Shown here one piece after another: positions 9,501-16,080 of a stretch of 64,000 nucleotides of DNA. The first letter of the stretch is position 1; the number at the start of each line of letters is the position of its first letter. The notes below the pieces were generated by a model. That model was not told the DNA's origin and made no database searches. It worked only from the letters and a program-made list of their open reading frames with translations. The position numbers were made by a program, and so were the translations under genes. The DNA is from Phycisphaeraceae bacterium (GTDB lineage: Bacteria; Planctomycetota; Phycisphaerae; Phycisphaerales; Phycisphaeraceae): assembly GCA_040905445.1 (NCBI GenBank), contig JBBDRN010000043.1:479-64478 (forward strand). Direction: 5' to 3'.

Positions 9501-9523
9501 TGCGCCTCGAGCCGGTGCGGTAG
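6515..9523 (+). CDS. large secreted hypothetical protein (helical, HEAT/ARM-like repeats suspected)
   Basis: AAGGAG sits 8 nt upstream of ATG 6515. Signal-like N-terminus. 1002 aa; the ORF upstream of 6515 looks non-coding. No recognisable catalytic motif. Confidence 0.7.
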   Translation: MSLPFRHAGMGRDLRRCRACAAPLLALIAAVGMAAVAGTAGVVAAQPGDAPPPLRLDIETLLLSDDVLAERITDPVWAIEARPERQLVLVPLLIGPVDQPLELEEPTITLRGGRFVAWHVTEDEVQTSSRGRGGRGGRGGGGGGGGGDDMYMNDDLYIGGYDRQMGGGPVRRGPALPAEAEVDEHGVPADAPRLARSITLTPDGRIQWGVATAISGAEIGDGDGRYVLRLRPDRLRELAPSRDDGSQQQMTGRRQDEPMTGRERAEQRRELREQFQAEREAFMDLREAVQELDETFDMPAPTRVWAVFELPAAQRSLAFDGDAPLPWSIGLDDYEAVRQFVGTRGRRGREAAMSLNALTTLARSEHPYTRQIAAHAAAAADVASNAEPFSDEYRLLTALLEADDDTSRHAVLESLASMRRPSEAGTRLLREVADHPNATTRLLALRGLLAADPGADDHLAQLLGTVSDMLADPSGPPADVVLEEIIVGIGSDRRIVDQVTTAIAFDRLSGERLDQAVRYIIDTAPREPLAAAWLDDGLLASGSDSLVRQTLAVLAEAQPDANGGDRQSSALGWAIGRVLGGRGSTDSAASEQGPSRGRIVIESADHAIFPALASDDPATRELAWQALGRFSFVEEGDMPRFGGVGRSDDRVDSLVSAALAHEPTPPQAASFLARHEGFGAGAPGLVRLAGQATGEAASIAGRALWGSQQNLTGPVGELEPAERYAFAAAVYEGRFGRVPATAGLMLAEPRDRRDDTASWFADQVADGRDPQPGDWVAAFGGEMRLAQLLGADEPELAAGAAAALVAAAGADDDEVESLARELAGEEDPRAAWRQMRQSIHARQLAHMEGEYRMVMLLRGEANQELAEMNEQQARAYLMMARQQAQEMTREEARAMGVRRGPAAGDKPVTDRVNLGVVDVIVEDTNVRLAGDIVSVEIPETRFALRITQLAELRNIPGAALDHIPLGRTIGDMDLTPQPDGAWVGQVDMLDTRVLELRLEPVR
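6902..6955. repeat. CGTGGCGGR / GGTGGCGGG nonamer array, sense strand of the 6515 gene
   Basis: Encodes [18 protein letters not shown]. Confidence 0.9.
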
Positions 9524-11822
9524 CGATGGCGCCCGAGGCCGACGCACCGCGCCGCCTGCGCCCGACCAGCATCGCGCCGGCCAGGGTGAGGAGGGTCGTC
9601 GCGGCCGGCTCCGGCACCGGCGTCCCGGTCACGAGCAGGTGGACGAACGGCGCGACGTCCACCGCGTCGAACGCCCCGTCTTCGTTGATGTCGCCCACCA
9701 GCACCGGGTCGATGCCGTGCTGGCCTTCATAGGCGCCGGGATTGGTCAGCGCCAGCACGAACGGCGCCACGTCGACGGCGTCGACCGAGCCGTCGAGGTT
9801 CATGTCGCCCAGCAGCATCGCGCTGGCCGCACCGACCCGCCAGTACGTGCGCCCGGCGTCGTAGGTGGCGGCGAAGCTCGCCCCCGGATTGAACGAATCA
9901 ACCACGCGATCCGCCAGCGCGGTCCACGCGCTCACCTGGTCGCCGACGCCGATGAACCCGGCGACGATGTCGCCGGTGTCCAGCAGGCTGCCGGTGTTGA
10001 GATCGAGCGTGCCGGCGGGGTCGATCGCCAGCGAGCCGTGCACGACGGCCGTCTGCCCGTTGAGGTCGAGCACGCTGCCGGCAGCGATGGCGAGGTGGTT
10101 CGTGATGAGCACCTCGTCATCGCTCGTGCGCGAAGCGTCGCCGGCCGCATTGATCGCGACGCGGCCGTCGTTGATCCAGTCGTTGACGATCATGACGTGG
10201 GCCGCACCGTCCGGCGCGCCGATGCGCAGTCGACCCAGGGCGTAGGTGGCAGGCGCGATGGCGTCGTCGACGTGCGCCGCGGCCTCGATGCTCACCGGCG
10301 CGCCCGGCGTGCCGCCGAGCATGTTGAGCGTTGACGCGTGCAGACCGTCACCGAGCTGCGCCGGCGAGCGGGCATTGGTCGTGAAGCTGCCGCCGAGGTT
10401 GATGACGGTCTCCGCGTCGCCGTGGATGCCGACGCGTCGGCCCTCGCGCAGGACGTCGCCGCCGGCCGCGATGTCGAACACCGCGTGCCCGGCCGGAGCG
10501 CCGGCGTCGTGGTAGACGAGGTCGCCGGCAATGTTCAGCGTCGCGCCCTCGGCGCGGATGAATGCGACGGCGGCGTCATGCGCCGGGTCCGTGCCGCGGT
10601 GCTCGATCCGCACGCCGCGGTCGGCGGTGAAGCTGCGGCCGTCGACGAGCAACTGCCCGCCGGCCTGTCCCTCGTAGTTGAGCACGAGGCTGAACTTCCC
10701 CGGCGTGGCCTGCTGCGCGTCGATCGCGCCGTCGTCGCTCGCCGGGTGCCCGGGGCGCACGGCCCCGCCGGTGAGCTGCACATCGCCGACCAGCAGCAGG
10801 TCGTTGCGCCCCGCGGCGCCGGCCCGGCCGCGCAGCGTCAGCGCCTGCAGCGTGACGTGCGGGATGGTCGCGGTGTCGCCGTGGGTCCCGGTGTGGTCGA
10901 CTTCAAGCGCGACCTGGCCGAGGTTGTCGAGCGGCTGGCCGTCGATCGCGTGAACGACGGGCGCACCGGCCCGGGCCTGGAGGCGAATCACGCCGGTGCC
11001 TGCCTCGCTGACCCAGGTCTGGTCGCTGCGCAGGCGCAGGGCGTTGGCGCCGAGACTGATCGCGGCCGGCGTGAGCGGGCCGAGGTAGCGCACGCTGGCA
11101 TAGCCAAGCGGCTCGATTGTTTGCGGATCGTGGCTGTAGAAATGGGTGCCCGGGTGGCCGAGCGTGATGGTGCCGCCGGCGTGGGTGAACGCGACGACGC
11201 CATCGCCGCGCATCGCGTTGAACCCCGGGTGCAGTCCGTCGCGATCGTGCCAGTAGCCGGGGTTGAAGGCATCGAAGACGTGCTGCTCGCCGGCGAAGGC
11301 GAGCGTCGCGCCCGGGGCGAGCTCGAGCGCCGCCCAACCGCCCTGGTGGCCGGCGAAGCTCAAGGCGCGCTCGCCGGTGAGCGTGAGCGTGACGGGTGTG
11401 TCGGGCGCGTCGGCGGTGGACGGGCCGACGCTCACGCGGCCGCGGGCGCTGTCGGTCCAGCCGGTGGCGATGGCGAGGCTGCTGAGCTGGAAGTCGGCGA
11501 CGAAGCGCAGGTCGCCGCCCCAGCTTGAGAAGCCGAACGAGTCGTGGACGATGTGCGAAGGCGCGAAGCCACCCCCGCCACCCCCACCATCCCCGCCGAT
11601 ATGCACATCTCCGCGGTAGGCGGACCCGACGCCCGCCCAGTGAAAGACCGCGGTGTCGCCCGGGCCCGGCACTTGGCCGGTGTGCCAGTTCAGAGCGTCG
11701 CCGACGTTCGCGGCGACGGTCTCGGCGGCGTTGATGCCGGTCCAGTGCACGACCTGGTCGGCATCGGCGCCCACGACGGCGCCGGCCAGCAGCGCCGCGG
11801 CTGGAGCCCATCGCGCGGCCAT
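9435..11822 (-). CDS. PEP-CTERM exoprotein with dockerin-like EF-hand pair (large paralogue A), C-terminal read-through tail
   Basis: Signal peptide MAARWAPAAALLAGAVVGADA. GDMNLDGSVDAVDVAPF and GDINEDGAFDAVDVAPF loops. VPEPAATTLLTLAGAMLVGRRRR is followed by 37 extra residues. Confidence 0.8.
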   Translation of the reverse strand: MAARWAPAAALLAGAVVGADADQVVHWTGINAAETVAANVGDALNWHTGQVPGPGDTAVFHWAGVGSAYRGDVHIGGDGGGGGGGFAPSHIVHDSFGFSSWGGDLRFVADFQLSSLAIATGWTDSARGRVSVGPSTADAPDTPVTLTLTGERALSFAGHQGGWAALELAPGATLAFAGEQHVFDAFNPGYWHDRDGLHPGFNAMRGDGVVAFTHAGGTITLGHPGTHFYSHDPQTIEPLGYASVRYLGPLTPAAISLGANALRLRSDQTWVSEAGTGVIRLQARAGAPVVHAIDGQPLDNLGQVALEVDHTGTHGDTATIPHVTLQALTLRGRAGAAGRNDLLLVGDVQLTGGAVRPGHPASDDGAIDAQQATPGKFSLVLNYEGQAGGQLLVDGRSFTADRGVRIEHRGTDPAHDAAVAFIRAEGATLNIAGDLVYHDAGAPAGHAVFDIAAGGDVLREGRRVGIHGDAETVINLGGSFTTNARSPAQLGDGLHASTLNMLGGTPGAPVSIEAAAHVDDAIAPATYALGRLRIGAPDGAAHVMIVNDWINDGRVAINAAGDASRTSDDEVLITNHLAIAAGSVLDLNGQTAVVHGSLAIDPAGTLDLNTGSLLDTGDIVAGFIGVGDQVSAWTALADRVVDSFNPGASFAATYDAGRTYWRVGAASAMLLGDMNLDGSVDAVDVAPFVLALTNPGAYEGQHGIDPVLVGDINEDGAFDAVDVAPFVHLLVTGTPVPEPAATTLLTLAGAMLVGRRRRGASASGAIATAPARGAVPARACRACRPVRPRRRPAAA

Positions 11823-11920
11823 CGCCACCGGGCAGATTGCGCGTTTATCTCCCACAGGCTTGTTCTCCGCCCGGCGGGTGACGCTGGACGAGCCGGCATG
11901 ATATGCCGAACTGGTGCTGG

Positions 11921-11957
11921 ATTCAAAACAACAGGGGGCCGGTGGCCCGGCCCCCTG
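11921..11957 (-). terminator. Rho-independent terminator after the 11996 PEP-CTERM gene
   Basis: 11-bp stem CAGGGGGCCGG/CCGGCCCCCTG (11932-11942 / 11947-11957) with a 4-nt loop, followed on the minus strand by TTGTTTTG. Confidence 0.75.
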
Positions 11958-11995
11958 AGGGTGTGTGTGTCACGCGATCATCGGTTGTCAGCCGC

Positions 11996-13327
11996 TCACG
12001 CCGCGCGACGGCGCCGCAGCAGCAACAGGCCGCCCAGGCCCAGCAGCGCGAGGCTGCCCGGCTCAGGCACGCTCGCGACGGCGCCGCCACCGCCGACGAG
12101 CAACTGCACGAACGGCGCGACGTCGACCGCGTCGAAGACGCCGTCGCCGTTGATGTCACCGACCACGAGCAGATCGGCACCGAAGTCGATCTCGTACTGG
12201 GCCGGGTTCGTCAGCGCGAGCACGAACGGGGAGACGTCGACCGCGTCGACCACGCCGTCGAGGTTCATGTCGCCCAGCAGGAACTCGGGCACTTCGGCCG
12301 GGGTCCAGGCGATCGAGTCGACCCACAGGCCGGGCCCATCCTCGCCGGGATTGCGAAGGATCGTCTCGCCCCACTGACCCCATTCGCCCCACTCCTCGGT
12401 GTCCGGGTGCTGCACGGCGTTCTCGTCCGGCTCCTCCTGGTTCGGGTCAGGCAGGAACACGAAGTTGGGGTCGCCTTCGGCCGCCACCTGGTCGCCGGCG
12501 CGCTGCCAGACGTCGCCCACAGACGGATCCTCGCCCGCCCAGAACGTCGGGTTGGGCGCGCCGCCGAAGAGGTAGATGCCCTCGGCGCCGAAGCCTTCCG
12601 CGATGGCGTCCGGCCGCATGGCCGCGAGGCCGGAGCCGGCGGTCCAGGCGGTGTCGCGGCTGCCCGTGACGATCGTGCCCGTGCCGTCGTCATAGGAGAT
12701 CGACGCGTTCCACACGTCGACATCGGTGAAATCGAACGTCCAGGTGACCCACGTCGGCTCGTCGGGCCGGGGCAGCCCGCCGCCGAACGCCATCGTGAAC
12801 CATGAGCTGGCCGTCGCCGGGTTGTTCGTGTGCCCGGGCGAGATGCTGTAGAAATCGTTGACGTTGATGAACGTGCGGTACTCCAGGGCCGCGCCGTTGA
12901 CCAGGTCGCCTTCCAACGGGTCACCCTCGGCGTTCTCCCACTCGGCGTGGGCGTAGGCGCCCCAGCGCGGACCTCGGAGATTCACCGAGCCGTTTTCCTC
13001 GCCCGTGGCTGGGTCGGTGTGCTTCCACGCCGGGTCCCAGACGGTGATCTCGAGCGTGCCGGGGAACTGCGTGTCGAAGTCGTACTTGAACACGGTCAAC
13101 TCAGGCACGAAGTAGGCCCAGCCGTCGCCCGTCGGGGGCGGGATGATGCCCGAGGGGTTCTGGAACACGTCGCCGGGCAGTTCGGCGAACGACTCCTGGC
13201 CGCTGATCCAGTCGAAATTCGTGCTGAAGGGCTGATCCCCACCGGCCCCGAGGGCCGACGCCCCCGGCACGCCGAGCATCCCCGCCAGCAACACAATCGT
13301 TACTCTGTTCCGCTTTCGCACAGTCAT
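11996..13327 (-). CDS. PEP-CTERM exoprotein with dockerin-like EF-hand pair (mid-size paralogue 1)
   Basis: AGGAGG precedes ATG 13327. Signal peptide present. Ends VPEPGSLALLGLGGLLLLRRRRAA-stop. Confidence 0.85.
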   Translation of the reverse strand: MTVRKRNRVTIVLLAGMLGVPGASALGAGGDQPFSTNFDWISGQESFAELPGDVFQNPSGIIPPPTGDGWAYFVPELTVFKYDFDTQFPGTLEITVWDPAWKHTDPATGEENGSVNLRGPRWGAYAHAEWENAEGDPLEGDLVNGAALEYRTFINVNDFYSISPGHTNNPATASSWFTMAFGGGLPRPDEPTWVTWTFDFTDVDVWNASISYDDGTGTIVTGSRDTAWTAGSGLAAMRPDAIAEGFGAEGIYLFGGAPNPTFWAGEDPSVGDVWQRAGDQVAAEGDPNFVFLPDPNQEEPDENAVQHPDTEEWGEWGQWGETILRNPGEDGPGLWVDSIAWTPAEVPEFLLGDMNLDGVVDAVDVSPFVLALTNPAQYEIDFGADLLVVGDINGDGVFDAVDVAPFVQLLVGGGGAVASVPEPGSLALLGLGGLLLLRRRRAA

Positions 13328-13838
13328 GGCGCCTCCTTTGATGAAATGAAGCAAATGACAACGGCAAACACACGCAAGGACACGACCCAAGGCTGAAGCT
13401 GGACAGTCGTCGCACCGCTCGGCGACGCCACCGCGACCCACGCGAGTTCCGCCAAGCATGGCGACGATCCGCGCAAGGTCGCTCGGCCTGAAGCGCGACA
13501 TGGTTCGCTTCCCCCCTGGGTGTCACGCTGCCGAACGGCAACGCATCGGGTATCGACCCGCCGCACCTCCTTTCCGCCGCCGGCCCCATGGATCGTGGCG
13601 ACCGCTGGCCGGGGAATCTATCCTCCGACCCTCCGACCCCTTCACCGCGCGCGTCGACCGCGCCCGTTTGCCGCGACAACCTCCATAGAGCTGACACCGC
13701 ATCGGTCCTGCGTTATTGCAGCTCAATCGGATTCGAGCGGCCGAGCCCCAATCACCGCTCCAGAACATGCTCGGCCGCCAGGTTGCGCGATGCAAAGGCG
13801 GAGGCCGGGGCTTTCGACCCGGCTCCGCGATGGTTCAT

Positions 13839-15068
13839 TCAGGCCGCGCGACGACGCCGCAGCAGCAGCAGGCCGCCGATGCTCAGCAGCGCGAGGCTGC
13901 CGGGCTCCGGCACGACCGTCGCGCCGCTCCCGACGAGCAACTGCACGAAGGGCGAGACGTCCACGGCATCGAACACGCCGTCGCCGTTGATGTCGCCGAC
14001 CGTCAGCGGATCGATGCCGTACTGTGTCTCATACCCGGCCGGATCGGTCAGCCCGAGCACGAACGGCGAGACGTCGACGGCATCGATGACGCCGTCGAGG
14101 TTCAGGTCGCCGGGCAGGTACTCCGGCTCTTCGAAGGGGGTCCAGCTCAGCGAGTCGATGTAGAGCCCCGCCAGGCCAGGCGTCCGGTCGACCATCTCGC
14201 CCCACTGGCCCCACTCGTCCTCCTCTTCGTTGAAGACGTAGTCGGGGTCCTCGTCGAGGCCCTCCTGGTTGGTCGGAGCGTTCCAGACGCTGCCCACGGA
14301 GGGGTCTTCGCCGGCGTCGAACGCCGGGTTCAGGTGGCCGCCGAACAGGTAGATGCCCTCGGCGCCGTTCGCGAACGCGTTGCTGCTGTAGGCGAAGGCC
14401 CTCTCGCCGGTGTAGGTGCTCTCGCCGTCCGGATGCGTCCAGGTCATCGTGACGGAGAACTCGTCGGCGCCGTACTCGATGGTCCAGTCGACCCAGGTGG
14501 CCTCGGGCGGACGGGCCAGGCCGCCGCCGCCGCCGCCCCACGCGGCGGTGAACAGGGAGCTGGCGTCGGTCTGGTTGCTGTCGGCCGCCGGTGCGACGGC
14601 GTGGGCGACATTCGTGTCCAGGTAGGTGCGGTATTCGAGCGCGGGGCCGGCGTAGACCTGCCGCTGTACGGGCGTCTCGGCGATCACGAAATCGCCTGTG
14701 CCGAACGCGCCCCAGCGCTGGCCGCGCAGGTTGACATCGCTGACCGGGTCGCCGACGTCGTCGAGCAGGCGGTAGCCCGTGTCCCAGGTGGTGATCTCGA
14801 GCGTGCCGAGGTAGGGCGTGTCGAAGTCGTAGACGAACGCCTCGCCGGCGTCGAGGAAGTAGGCCCAGCCATCGCCGGTCGGCGCCGGGGCGCCCGGCAC
14901 GTCGGTGGTCACGTCGCCCACGAAGGAATCGAACGACTCCTGGCCGCTGATCCAGTCAAAGTTGGTACTGAAAGGTTGATCGCCGCCGAACGCGGCCGCC
15001 CCCGACGACAGGCCCACCGCGGCAAGCAGCGCACCAATCGCCGTCTTTCTCACGTGTCGCACAAACAT
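13839..15068 (-). CDS. PEP-CTERM exoprotein with dockerin-like EF-hand pair (mid-size paralogue 2)
   Basis: AGGAGG precedes ATG 15068. Shares the GGDQPFSTNFDWISGQESF N-terminus with the 11996 gene. Ends VPEPGSLALLSIGGLLLLRRRRAA-stop. Confidence 0.85.
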   Translation of the reverse strand: MFVRHVRKTAIGALLAAVGLSSGAAAFGGDQPFSTNFDWISGQESFDSFVGDVTTDVPGAPAPTGDGWAYFLDAGEAFVYDFDTPYLGTLEITTWDTGYRLLDDVGDPVSDVNLRGQRWGAFGTGDFVIAETPVQRQVYAGPALEYRTYLDTNVAHAVAPAADSNQTDASSLFTAAWGGGGGGLARPPEATWVDWTIEYGADEFSVTMTWTHPDGESTYTGERAFAYSSNAFANGAEGIYLFGGHLNPAFDAGEDPSVGSVWNAPTNQEGLDEDPDYVFNEEEDEWGQWGEMVDRTPGLAGLYIDSLSWTPFEEPEYLPGDLNLDGVIDAVDVSPFVLGLTDPAGYETQYGIDPLTVGDINGDGVFDAVDVSPFVQLLVGSGATVVPEPGSLALLSIGGLLLLRRRRAA

Positions 15069-15174
15069 GTCACCTCCTGGGCACAAATAAGGTTACGAAA
15101 CGAAGCATGGGGACGAAGTCCGAGGAAACCGCCGACGCCCGGAAGGAGTTGGACTCGCCTGGCTTCGCACCCCT

Positions 15175-15211
15175 CCAAAAAGGCAGGAGGCCGTTTCACC
15201 GGCCTCCTGCC
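15175..15211 (-). terminator. Rho-independent terminator after the 15239 PEP-CTERM gene
   Basis: Perfect 12-bp stem GGCAGGAGGCCG/CGGCCTCCTGCC (15182-15193 / 15200-15211) with a 6-nt loop, followed on the minus strand by TTTTT. Confidence 0.8.
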
Positions 15212-15238
15212 AAGGAAATCACACTTCAGGCCGTGCCA

Positions 15239-15964
15239 TTACGCACGACGCCGACGCAGCAGCGTCAGGCCGCCGAGGCCCAGCAGCACCAGGCTGCCCG
15301 GCTCGGGAACGACCGTGATGTTCGCCACGGCGCCCGCGCTGCGGTCACCAGCCAGCGAGCCGGTGGCTTCCGCATCAACACCGAAGATCGGGCTGAGCGG
15401 AGCGCCATCGACCACGATGCGGCCGGAGCCGACCGCCATCCAGAGATCGGTCGAGCCGATCCCCGTCGCCTGGATCTCGATCTGCGCGTGCAGGAACGCG
15501 CCCGTGCTCGCGTCGTACATCGGGTCGAGGTCGAACTCGCCGGCCTGGCTGTCGATGCCGACCGAGCTGGTCGCCGAGATAGCAGTGAGCGACTGAACGA
15601 GCGAGCCCTCGACGCTCAGGTCGTTGAGCGTGCCCTCACCGAGCGGCAGCGTCCAGCGGCCCTGCGGGGGGAACGGCACGACCTGCGGGTTGTAGATCTC
15701 CGCACCGGTCGCGGTGAGCAGGCCGGGGATATCCGCCCCGATGCTCAGCGAGAGGCCGCCCTCGCGGCCCACGTTCCCAGCCTCGCCCGGGATGACCCAG
15801 ATGTACAGGGTCGTCGACTCGCCCGGCTCCAGCATGACCGTCGGAGCAGAGATCGTCGGATCCTCATTCGAGGTCGACAGGTAAATCTGCGGGTTCGCCG
15901 ACGCACTACCTGCCATCGCGAGCACGGCCGCGGCGGCGATTCCAAACTTGAGTCCACGTCTCAT
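15239..15964 (-). CDS. small PEP-CTERM exoprotein (no dockerin-like loops)
   Basis: GGAGGA precedes ATG 15964. Signal peptide present. Ends VPEPGSLVLLGLGGLTLLRRRRA-stop. A strong terminator lies downstream. Confidence 0.85.
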   Translation of the reverse strand: MRRGLKFGIAAAAVLAMAGSASANPQIYLSTSNEDPTISAPTVMLEPGESTTLYIWVIPGEAGNVGREGGLSLSIGADIPGLLTATGAEIYNPQVVPFPPQGRWTLPLGEGTLNDLSVEGSLVQSLTAISATSSVGIDSQAGEFDLDPMYDASTGAFLHAQIEIQATGIGSTDLWMAVGSGRIVVDGAPLSPIFGVDAEATGSLAGDRSAGAVANITVVPEPGSLVLLGLGGLTLLRRRRA

Positions 15965-16080
15965 GATCAATCCTCCATTCGGTGTGACCTACGGGTCAAC
16001 AGGTTAAACGAGATCCCAATGCGGGTAAACATAAATAAACGGTGACACACACAAAATCCAATGTACCTGACGCCGGAGCG

